From Lingula anatina (Eukaryota; Animalia; Brachiopoda), in assembly GCA_051362555.1 (NCBI GenBank), contig CM120644.1:2426954-2490953 (forward strand): 64,000 nucleotides of DNA, in the 5' to 3' direction. Below the pieces are notes generated by a model. That model ran no database searches and was not told the origin of the DNA. It saw only the letters and a program-made list of their open reading frames with translations. This document shows positions 53,420 to 64,000 of this stretch, piece after piece. The position numbers were made by a program, and so were the translations under genes. How positions within the stretch are numbered: the stretch's first letter is position 1; each line of letters starts with the position of its first letter.

Positions 53420-56400
53420 CTCCATTCCGAACATTGTGAATGATTGAATCTGACAAACTACAATGATACGAGTTCATTTCCATTTTGGCACTTTTTTTAC
53501 ACAATACAAGATAACAGGTTTACCACCATTTTTATATAATCAACTAGCAATATTGTCAAGACGCAGAAATTGTCAAACAACCCATTTTACATATCTAGTA
53601 AATTCAATAATGAGACTGTTTACATGCCTGACAATCAAATATGAGGAAAACCACTTATATACAAATAAAAGCTGAAGTCCCTCAAAACTCAACCAATCAA
53701 TCTTATTTTTAAATTTGATTTGTATATAAATAACATTGATCACTCTTGTGAGTTTAATGACAACAGGCCTATCGGTTCTCCCTGAAATGTGCTTACAGTG
53801 TTACTAATATGCTTTTACTAATAATCATCAGTTCTGTGAGTTTCATGAAAACAGGCTTTAAGTTATTGGTTCTCCCTGAAATGTGCTTACAGTGTTACAT
53901 ATATGCTGAAAAAAAAAAACATAACATTTGAAAGAAAAGGGCCTGGTCTTGCTGATTTTCAATCTTGACCATTCTTTTACTAATAATCATCAGTTCTGTG
54001 AGTTTCATGAAAACAGGCTTATTGGTTCTCCTTGAAATATGTTAACAGTGTTGCATGTACACTGAAAAAAGGAGAAAAAAATGCAAAACTTTTGAAAATA
54101 ATCACCCCATTTCCTCCATTTTGAGACACTGTATTACACAGTACATGATAACATGTTTACCGTCATATTTATATAATCAACTAGCAATGTTGTAAAGATG
54201 CAGAAAATTTCAGAGAAACACTAACATATTTACATATCTAGTTAATTCAATAACGAAACTGTCAACATGCCTGACAATCAAATCTGAGGAAAACCACTTA
54301 TATACAAATAAAAGCTGAAGTCCCTCAGAACTCAACCAATTGTAATGAAAAATTCAATTAAATTATTGTGAACACAGAAAAAAAGTGCCTTTAAGTGCAT
54401 TTGACTCATGCGCTGAATATTTAAACTTAGTTAATGTATAATTTATTCCTTTTTAATCTACCAGTGCTGTTGTAATAAGCCCTGTAAATATCTATTGCGG
54501 AGATTCAGAAGATTTTCAGAAAACTCGACTTTTCTGCTAAACGGTAGTTACACGTGAGTGTAAACACGTTTAGCAGTGGTTCTCTCCCTGTCCAAAAACC
54601 CCCTGGGTAAGAGCCACCATCCACCCCATTTTCAGCTGCCAAGCACTCGTTGGGTGAAGATACCCAGACGCAGTAGAGCTACACTCGAGGTTCCGATTGA
54701 GAGGACTTGTTCTCTCTGGCAGGTTCACTGGGGCGGTAGTAAAAGCAGTTGGTTGGTGTCGCAGGGTTCACGCAGAGTCGGGACCCTTAGTTGTTGGTTG
54801 GTGTCGCCGGGTTTACGCTGTGTCGGGACCCTTAGCAGGTGGCTGGACGGAGAACGGGAAGTTGGGCTCTCCCGTGGGTTCGTGCCGTGACAGAATCCAA
54901 GGCAGGTGGTTTGTCGCAGGGTTTACGCCGTGTCGGGACCCTTAGCAGGTGGCTGGACGGAGAACGGGAAGTTGGGCTCTCCCGTGGGTTTCTGCCGTGA
55001 CAGAACGCTAAGTAGGTGATTGGTCGGAGAGTCCGGGTCGTGTCGGAACTCTAGGCAAGTGGCTGGTTGGAAAACGGGAAGCAAGCTGTCCCGAGGGTGT
55101 GCGCCGTGCCAGCACCCTAAGGCGTTGATTGAAGGAGGGAAGTCTACCGCTTAGACTCTCCCAAAGGTGCGCACCGTGTTGGCACTTGTAGCTGTGGGCC
55201 GGTAGAAGAGGAGCCACTGCTGTCACAGTCTCCCACCGATTGGAAGTTTATGCAGAACTAAAACTGGACATTAACTGAATATATCCAAAGGACACATAAT
55301 TAACGTGGACTTAAAGACAATAACTGAATATCAGAGTGGGCATTATTACCACATTGCTTTTTGTTGGATTTTAATAAACATTTTGAACCTTTTTACATCA
55401 GCAGTTTGTTTCTTGGATTTGAACCTTTAAAACAATGACGCATCCCTTTTAACACTGTACGGACTGAAGTACCAACATAAAATCCGTTACACAATCTATC
55501 TTATTTTTAAATTTGATTTGTATATAGATAACATTGATCACTCTTGTGAGTTTAATGACAACAGGCCTATCGGTTCTCCCTGAAATGTGCTTACAGTGTT
55601 ACTTATATGCTGAAAAAAAAACTGCATAAAATTTGAAAGAAAAGGGCCTGGTCATGCTGATTTTCAATCTTGACCATTCTTTTACTCATAATAATCAGTT
55701 CTGTGAGTTTCATGAAAACAGGCTTATTGGTTCTCCTTGAAATGTGCTTACAGTGTTACATATATGCTGAAAAAAAACAGCATAACATTTGAAAGAGAAG
55801 GGCCTGGTCATGCTGATTTTCAATCTTGATCATTCTTTTTAATTTACTAATAATCATCAGTTCTCTGAGTTTCATGAAAACAGGCCTATTGGTTCTCCTT
55901 GAAGTGTGTTTACAGTGTTGCATGTACACTGAAAAAAGGAGAAAAAAAATGCAAAACTTTTGAAAATAATCACCCCATTTCCTCCATTTTGAGACACTGT
56001 ATTACACAGTACGTGATAACATGTTTACCGTCATATTTATATAATCAACTAGCAATGTTGTAAAGATGCAGAAAATTTCAGACAAACACTAACATATTTA
56101 CATATCTAGTTAGTTCAATAACGAAACTGTCAACATGCCTGACAATCAAATCTGAGGAAAACCACTTATATACAAATAAAAGCTGAAGTCCCTCAAAACT
56201 CAACCAATCAATCTTATTTTTAAACTTGATTTGTATATAGATAACATTGATTACTCCTGTGAGTTTCATGAAAACAGGCTTATTGGTTCTCCCTGAAATG
56301 TGCTTACAGTGTTACTTATATGCTGAAAAAAAAAAAACAGCATAACATTTGAAAGAAAAGGGCCTGGTCATGCTGATTTTCAATCTTGACCATTCTTTTA

Positions 56401-57200
56401 CTTATAATCATCAGTTCTGTGAGTTTTATGAAAAGAGGCCTATTGGTTCTCCTTGAAATGTGTTTACAGTGTTGCATGTACAATGAAAAAAGGAGAAAAA
56501 TGCAAAACTTTTGAAAATAATCGCCCAATTGCCTCCATTTTGAGACACTGTATTACACAGTACATGATAACATGTTTACCGTCATATTTATATAATCAAC
56601 TAGCAATGTTGTAAAGATGCAGAAAATTTCAGACAAACACTAACATATTTACATATCTTGTTAGTTCAATAACGAAACTGTCAACATGCCTGACAATCAA
56701 ATCTGAGGAAAACCACTTATATATATCAAAACAAGGCACAACTTCCACAAAACTCAACCAATCAATCCTATTTTCAAACTTGATTTGTATATTGGTAACA
56801 TTGATCACTCCTGTGAGTTTAATGACAACAGGCCTATCGGTTCTCCCTGAAATGTACTTACAGTGTTACTTATATGCTGAAAATGGCAGAAAAAAACAGC
56901 ATAACTTTTGACAAAAAATGGCCCGGATATGCCGATTTTTGATCTTGACAACCCTTTTACCAATAATCATCAGTTCTGTGAGTTTCATGACAATAGACCT
57001 ATTGCTTCTCCTTGAACTGTGTTTACAGTGTTGCATGTATGCTGAAAAAAGCAAAAACAACAGCAAATTTTCTGAAAAAAAAAAGCAGCCCATTATGAAG
57101 ATTTTCAAACTTGACCTGCGTTTAACTAATATTCATCAGTTCTGTGAGTTTCATGAAAATAGACCTATCGGTTCTCTTTAAAATGTTGCATCGCATATAA
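53420..57200. repeat. Composite tandem repeat (~120-bp subunits inside ~550-600-bp units)
   Basis: Recurring gtgagtttcatgaaaacaggc...ggttctcc(c/t)tgaaatgtg and catgcctgacaatcaaat(a/c)tgaggaaaaccac (~53625, 54265, 56135, 56685). Confidence 0.85.
54341..55491 (+). mobile_element. Solo LTR, probably Gypsy-type (1151 bp)
   Basis: TGTAA...TTACA termini; 4-bp TSD CAAT (54337-54340, 55492-55495); the uninterrupted site ctcaaccaatcaatctt is seen in sister repeats; AATAAA at ~55373; internal GC-rich direct repeats. Confidence 0.88.
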
Positions 57201-57702
57201 TATTATGCTGAGAAAAGGGAAAAACAGCAACTTTGTAAAATTGGCCAGATCACACCGATTACGTTGATTGCAATTTATATAGCATTCCTTCTGGGAGAGA
57301 TCGATCCATAGTTAGTACGATAGGATCTGGGAACGGTCCCTTAATCGTTTTTGCCGTGTGCATATCCGAACTGTAGGCCTATATATCAGGACGCGTAATT
57401 GTCGGGGCGTCTTTTTTTTTTCTTTTTTTATTTCACAAAGCGGTTCTTGCAAATGCGGTGTTTATGAATATGTGTGCTCTGTGTTAGCGACATGGACCGA
57501 CAGGGGCCCATTCAAAATATAATTTCACTTCAGTTGTTAGATTTAGTATTTATTCTAGCAGCCAGGTGTATAACAAACAGGTCAGATCTACAGGTGAAAA
57601 GAAGTGACTGTAGTTCGCAGAGCCATTATATAATAATAAATGTTTCATAATGTCATAGCCTTCTTCAAACTGTCAGGGGTAGATTAATTCATAGTTAGCT
57701 AA

Positions 57703-57913
57703 GGGGCCCTTTACACTGGACGGCGTCCTTTCTGCGTCCTGTAGTACGGATCCATTTGAGAGTACAAAATTATAATACTTAACTTTCTGACAACTGGCCA
57801 ATCACCAAATATTCATTTTTTTCAACCAAAGCAATGCTTGTACCTCCTTTCTACGACCACAGTGATGCCAGTTTCTTGGTCGCACAAAGGACGCCGCCCC
57901 AGTGTAAAGGGGG
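57703..57913. mobile_element. Small MITE
   Basis: TIR ccctttacactgg / ccagtgtaaaggg. Confidence 0.6.
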
Positions 57914-57943
57914 TTTACGGACGATCCATTTACCCTTTTCATT

Positions 57944-58276
57944 TACTCTGAAGTATTGAATAAAAGAACTGATGGAATAAAAGTACTGGGTGGAAAAAAT
58001 CTCAAAATTTAATAAAGTACTGATGGAATAAAAGTACTGGGTGTAAAAAATCTCGAAATTTAATAAAAGTACTGGATGGAATAAAAGTACTGGGTGGAAA
58101 AAACCTTTGCACCACTCCCCCCCCCCCAAAAAAAAAAAAATGAAATAAATAAATAAAAGTAAAGAAGAAGAAGAGAAAGAAAAAAGCTAGCTTTTGATCA
58201 TTGTAAAAAAAAAAAAAATTCACCAGGTAAAATTCACTCAGTATTATAATTTATCTTAAAAACGGGATATCTAATT

Positions 58277-58342
<66 letters not shown>

Positions 58343-59984
58343 CCAAGAGTTAAATTTCATAATCGTCAGGGGCCGAAGACCCAGATATGTCGCACCTAAG
58401 CCGCCTCCGAGAGCCATACGGAGACGTTATTCATAGTAAATTTATTCTCAGATGTAAGGTTCGTTTTGCATACCTGTAAACTCCTAAGGGTTTATCTTAC
58501 ATAGAAATGTGATTTAACATCGTTTAAATCATAAATCGGCATGAAATAATTGACGTTTGAAAACAGGCACAACTTCTTTGCTGCACTTGAAATGACCTCC
58601 TTAGCTATAAATATGATCCTATCTACCATGGCCCATAGGAGCCTACGCGTGCGTCTTTTAGACGCCCCTTTACATGCGAAAACGACAAGGCCTATGCCGA
58701 GTTCGTCTTTTACTACAGAGCTTTGAGAGCCGAAAATGACATGGCTGTGTCTCTTTTGCCACTTACTGAACTCCACAGATGCGAGATTGCGAGACCCTTA
58801 TAAACGAAGTTGATGTAACTTGAGAGTCATGTCGCTTTCAACTCTTACAAACCTCCAACAAAATCTATCTCCACACAGACGCGCGCGACATGTACTATTG
58901 GACATGGGTCAGTTGAAACCCTATTAACCTAAAGGGCTCATGTTACTTTCAGCCAACTCTTATATGTCAAATCCAATTAATTTGAAACAGTGTTGTGCTG
59001 TCCCAAAACATTTTTTTCATTTGAATCCCATCATAATTTAGTGCTATCTAGATAATTAACAGTGTGGCTAATTGCTTGTAATAATTATATGGCCTCATAT
59101 TTTTATTTTCAAGGATTCAAATATAAAGGGTTTTAAGACGGTCCTTCTGTTTCAAATTAATTGGCTGAAAGTAACATGAGCCATTTAGGTTAATGTCGCT
59201 TTCAACTGACCCATGTCCAATAGTACATGTCGCGCGCGTCTGTGTGGAGATAGATTTTGTTGGAGGTTTGTAAAAGTTGAAAGCGACATGACTCTAAGGT
59301 CACGTCAACTTCGTTTATAAGGGTCTACTTATTCAGCTGCGAAAATCACACGTAATGCCTATTTCATGTTTTATAACAGTGTCTTTTGAGAGACAAACGC
59401 GACATGGGTCGTGTTAATCTCGCATCTCTGGAGTTCAGTAAGAGGCAAAAGAGACACAGCCATGCCATTTTCGGCTCTCAAAGCTCTGTAGTAAAAGACG
59501 AACTCGGCATAGGCCTTGTCGTTTTCTCATGTAAAGGGGCGTCTAAAAGACGCACGCGTAGGCTCCTATGGGCCATGGTACCTATCACCTTGCGACATTG
59601 CATCATTCGATCGATGTACATGAGTAGTTGTCACTGTTGAAGGGAAAGCACGTCTATTTACAGGAACTGAAATCAGGTGACGCATGTACTGTTGTGTTCA
59701 GAGAGCGACTTCCGCTTGACCTACTTTCCAGTGCTGTTGGTAGAACAGTCGGTAATGAGTTGAGATCTCAATTTTCTTCTCATTATACTTCAATTTAAGA
59801 AAATAAAAAGCGTGACTTGTACTTGTGTAATTTCCCACCGGTACAATATGTATTTAATAAACATACCGGGTGGAAGATTTTTGAAAAATTAATAAGCGTA
59901 CTGGGTGAAAATGGAGCGTACCGGCGGGAAGAAATTTGGAAAATTAATTAACGTACCGGTACGTTTATTTGATACTTCAGAGTA
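57944..59984. mobile_element. Non-autonomous DNA transposon containing a nested palindromic MITE
   Basis: TIR tactctgaagtat.gaataaa / tttattt.atacttcagagta; subterminal aataaaagtactgg repeats. Confidence 0.8.
58624..59580. mobile_element. Palindromic (foldback) MITE
   Basis: taccatggcccataggagcctacgcg... / ...cgcgtaggctcctatgggccatggta; arms are reverse complements over about 350 bp. Confidence 0.85.
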
Positions 59985-60563
59985 ATTCTTGCACCCTCAA
60001 AAGATTGTCGGTCCTAAGATCTAACGAGTGAGCCACAAATTCAGACAGTTCTTCTTTATTTAAACCACTCCAAGTCAGTTGTACTAATAAAGAAGCGTGC
60101 CGTAATATGTACAGTGCGATGATAGTTATGTAGTTACGTAACGGCCTAGGAGAGCTTAATTTGATAAAGAAGACCTTTAGTTTAAAAATATGAACTTACT
60201 GAATATATAGACATCTGAGATATAACAATAGTTTCAGTTTAGTCTGCCCTTTACAGCACAACCGAGGACGCGGAATTTGGTCCGCCCTTTACAGCACAAC
60301 CGAGGACGCGTGTGTATAGCCCGATTTCAGACAAAAAGTTGGACAGTATTTCTGATACACTCGTGGCGGGAATTTGGCCCGCGCTATACAGCATAACCGA
60401 GGACTGGCTCAGAATAGCGTCAAATTTCACCACCTAACTTGAAATGGGCCCCTTTATGCATTCCACTGCTTATGTCAACCGAGGACGTCCTCGGTTGGAG
60501 GTGTGTCCTCGGTTAGTGGGTTTCGGGCGGGTGTGTGTCCTCGGTTAGAATGCGTGCACAAGA

Positions 60564-60595
<32 letters not shown>

Positions 60596-60813
60596 CTAAA
60601 TAAATAAGCACAACTTTGACTAGGGAATCGAAAAAGAAAGCTCCACACCTGCTAGGAATATTTAATAGCCTACCCTTGCACCTGAATTATATACCACTGC
60701 ACAGGGAACTGGAAAAACAATGGAAAGGCAAAGCAATGGCATGAGGAGGATTTATGTAATATTTAAGAAAAGAGGATGAATCTAATTCCCCTTTATATTT
60801 ACACCGAAATTCC

Positions 60814-62170
60814 TCAGTGGTGAGCACCTAGAATAAAATCAGCGGAACTGGCTTTGGTGTTATACCATGTATGCTGAAATCCGTAAAGGAATTCTTTGCC
60901 ATTTATTACACCATTCCCATCTCGGTCGATAGCTTTAAAAACGTTTTGAACGGGGGCTGTGTTGCGGAACACCGTAAGGAATTTGGAATACTCGTCTACC
61001 GCCAGCTTCTCATCGCAGTCGAGGTCAAATGTGTGAAACCAATCCCAACAGTTTTGGATGATTGCCTCACTTGTATACTCGACTTCCTTCTCGAGAGCTG
61101 GGATCAACTCTTCAAATGTTATGGATGTTGCATAGTTGGTGTCTTTGTTCGACCACCAGGTTTTATATGAGTCGGACATGATCCCGTACACGGCCTTAGC
61201 CCGCCAAGGTTCCAAGACCCGTTTGGCTCGCTCTGTTGTCAAATCGATGTGTTCCTCTTTGGTTACCACACCGTCTTTGTTAACGTCAAAGATGTCGAAG
61301 ACTGCTTTATGCTTAGAAAGCCAGTGCACAGTAAAATTCACATTGGACTCCTGCGGATTAACAAGGTTATACGTAAATAATATACGAAACACATACCCCG
61401 GTACATACACATGCAAATATATAAACCACAACCACAGTTAAATGAAAACTTTATTTCACGGAAAACATATTATTAATAGTGTAAACATCATACTGATAGT
61501 GTAAACACGTATAAATAGTGTTAACTCATACTAAAATCTAAGACTGCGTTCCCATAACCTAATTGTACTAGCAGGATCGATCTATCTCAGCAGAGATTCT
61601 CGCCAAGGCGCAGTAAATGTAATAATGCTTAATTTTCTGGCACGCCCTCCAGAAACACCATGAACAACATCGTGGACCGCAAAGTCACAAGGGGGTGTGC
61701 CAGACTTTTAATCCACTCAAACTGAATGAAATTTAGCGAGAATCCCCGAGGAATTAACTTAGTGCGATATGGCTAAGGGGAAGGTTCATAACCGATTTCC
61801 ATGAGCAACCTTAGGGCGCATTCCCACAGATTTAGATCGATCCAGAGATTAAGATTTAGATCGACCTAACTCCCTGGGGGTTCACGCTAAATTGCAGTCA
61901 GACGTTCGCGCACCATAGTTAATTACCCCCTTACAGCTTTTAGTAGGCGGGACAGACGCTTAAGCCGGCTAAGCTGACAGTAATCTAGTGAGACTCCCCA
62001 CAGGGATAGATCGATCTAAAATCTATGGGAATGGGGTCTAAGTTTCTGGCAATTATCTGCAGCCAAGCACAAATTAAGGGCCGCTAGTCTGTCCCTACCT
62101 TAACAGCATTCAATGAAACGACTATTTCAACAGCTATCAGTTGCAGCAGAACTCTCGGATTGATGACCAT
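60814..62170 (-). CDS. Putative secreted SCP/aequorin-family EF-hand protein, copy 7 (202 aa, most divergent)
   Basis: Leader exon 62170-62099 (MVINPRVLLQLIAVEIVVSLNAVK, donor AAG|GTAGGG) plus exon 61350-60814 (537 nt; ESNVNFTVHWLSKHKAVFDIFDVNKDGVVTKEE...DLDCDEKLAVDE...DRDGNGVINGKEFLYGFQHTWYNTKASSADFILGAHH); exon-1 donor at ~62405. Confidence 0.9.
61815..62040. mobile_element. MITE in the coding intron of copy 7
   Basis: Imperfect TIR cattcccacagatttagatcgatc / gatcgatctaaaatctatgggaatg. Confidence 0.55.
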
Positions 62171-64000
62171 TATTTCGATAAAAAATGTTCACCTTGTATG
62201 GGTCTATAAAAACAAATGATGAACACTTAAGTCGAAAATACTTAAACATACAGTTAAGGTGAAACTGATTTTAACAATCAGTTTTCTCAGAGCTCGCTTT
62301 CACAAGATACTAAATGTCCCAAAGTCAAGTTCATTTTAAAACTGATCACGCGCAGAGTTTGCTTGGAGCGTTACATTCGCTGCATACCATTGTATGTATT
62401 ACTTACCAGACGATTCCCCTACTTTTCTAAATGTAGCCGTGTCTTTGCTGATATCTATTACCTGATGTCTGTTTACATCCAATACTGTATCACTGCTTTA
62501 TGTCTGATAAAATAATCCTGTATTCCAATGTGCATCCCCTATTGCCCCTATCAATATTACAAGATGAACATTTCATTTATAAATGAAAACATAGGCGTTG
62601 AGTAGTATATAGAAAGTCTGTGAGTTTACGAGTGCGACTGAAACAACGAGAGTCCCCGCAAAGTTGGATTGGTCTACGCAGACCGGCGGGGCTTACGAAA
62701 TGTGGTCTCAGAAATGAAGCGGGAAAGCCTTGAAACCTTTGGAAAACAGAAAATGTTAAATTGTCTCATTGTCAGTTACTGGCTCAAAAAATGGCCTTTA
62801 TATCATATCATTCATGTTTGAAGACGTTAAAGAATTCCATAAGTTATTTCCATCTTAGTCGATATCTTTAAAATGTCCTTAACGGGGGATATACCGCAAA
62901 ACAATTAAAGGGAACGTTGGATACTTATATAGTATTTACTTTCAATGCCAATGTTTAATTTCTACTCATGAACATGTCTGCAAGTTTTCATCTTCTGAAC
63001 ATGTACACTTCTCCTATCCTGAAATTTGTCTTGAAATATGTGAAATATGAAATAGTGGTCAGCTCACTCTCTTATGACCAAACAAGTGCATTTGTACACG
63101 TTTATACGGTTGGAATCGATTCTCGGTAAAAAAAAATAAAAAAAGGACAAGAAAGTTTTCTTATGCGTTTTCATTGACTGTCAGTATATTTTGATAGAGG
63201 TTTAGTTATAACATTAAAATGAGAATATCATTTTCTTTAGTCTCCATCAGAGTCTTCACCCTAGATATACATGTACCGGCCATATATACAAACTAGACTG
63301 ATAAAAAAGGGGTGGACCTCCCCCCAGTGGTATCTTCTAAAGTTTTTAAGCATTACGTGACTGAACAATATTTTCAAGAGTTATGCAAAAAATTATTTGT
63401 CACAACACAGGCCAATTACAGCCTGCATAGAATGCACATAAGTTACTATAACTGAATATCTATACGCAACTCACAAAAATAGACACCAAATTACTTTCCA
63501 AGGTGAAATAGGAGTTTTGGCTTGCAAGTCACGTTTAAGGTGCGTTGCACCCGCAATTTTTGTATTATTATTCTTACACATACCACGGGACCTCCCAAAA
63601 TACCGAAAGGCGAGATTCATCGTGTCAATTTCGAGATAAGGGGATGTGGGGACTTGCCCCGGGGGCGGACTAGCACTGGCCCCCACTTGTCCCAAATTCA
63701 CGAGACAGCTGGGAATGTATCACATCTCGTGACAGTGCCTAATAAATATCTTACCTAATACCAGCCTTGCACAGCGTTGTACACGAGCAACCGTATACTA
63801 CTCTACATTCCACATCAGAGAGCAGACCGTCGCCGCACCGTGAGTAGAGTTACATTTTCGGGCAAAATTGAGGTTTATCCGTTGCACATTTCTAACCCCT
63901 TTAAAATCTGATAATTGAGTTGGACATGGCCGGCTGACTGCCTCAGATGTGGGATTTCTACTCATCCGATATGTGCTGTAGCAGGCCTACTTTACTATAT

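Larger units (their letters stand above)
52602..60556. mobile_element. Large composite DNA-transposon-like block bounded by inverted termini with aaccgaggac subterminal motifs
   Basis: cattctaaccgaggacacacac (~52605) is the reverse complement of gtgtgtgtcctcggttagaatg (~60531-60552); motif clusters at 52450-52670 and 60260-60545; no transposase seen; left boundary uncertain. Confidence 0.6.

Noticed and set aside
54576-55226. GC-rich ORFs in the ORF track
   Set aside because: They lie inside a solo LTR and arise from internal direct repeats
58492-59640. Two similar ORFs on opposite strands (EFSK.QKRHSH)
   Set aside because: Mirror products of a palindromic MITE
60814-61431. 205-aa single-exon ORF with N-terminus MWFIYLHVY
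   Set aside because: 61351-61431 is intron read-through; the acceptor at 61351 matches all paralogs and a homologous leader exon lies at 62099-62170
27077-62170. Calling the array bona fide Ca2+-activated photoproteins
   Set aside because: Most aequorin pocket residues (Trp86, Trp108, Tyr132, His169) do not appear conserved by eye, and non-luminous SCPs share the fold; kept only as a hypothesis to test
27077-62170. CREC family (calumenin/reticulocalbin) or calmodulin identity
   Set aside because: Only three EF loops with SCP-like spacing, no HDEL/HDEF end, and no calmodulin-like four-loop pattern

Overview
AT-rich, intron-containing eukaryotic DNA from an animal, probably a marine invertebrate (spliceosomal GT-AG introns, microsatellites, LINE, LTR and MITE debris; no prokaryotic features). 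Left to right: (i) a possible signal-peptide first exon at about 1.2 kb running off the left edge; (ii) a minus-strand Hillarin/KY transglutaminase-like gene (exons 5.1-12.9 kb) with an apparent frameshift; (iii) a head-to-head pair of intact 5-exon METTL27/WBSCR27-like SAM methyltransferases (19.1-25.4 kb); (iv) a minus-strand tandem array (27-62 kb) of seven full-length EF-hand genes of the sarcoplasmic calcium-binding protein / aequorin / Renilla luciferin-binding protein family, six intact and one with a nonsense codon, plus several gene fragments. The ORF track misses a separate 66-75 nt exon in every EF-hand copy that encodes a signal-peptide-like leader, spliced in phase 0 to the EF-hand exon. 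The array therefore appears to encode secreted, Trp/His-rich members of a normally cytosolic family, and is the main candidate for an undescribed system. It also shows a chimeric copy made by unequal crossing-over inside EF-hand 1 and a MITE whose target-site duplication copies a splice donor. Family assignments rest on motif recognition by eye, not on database searches.
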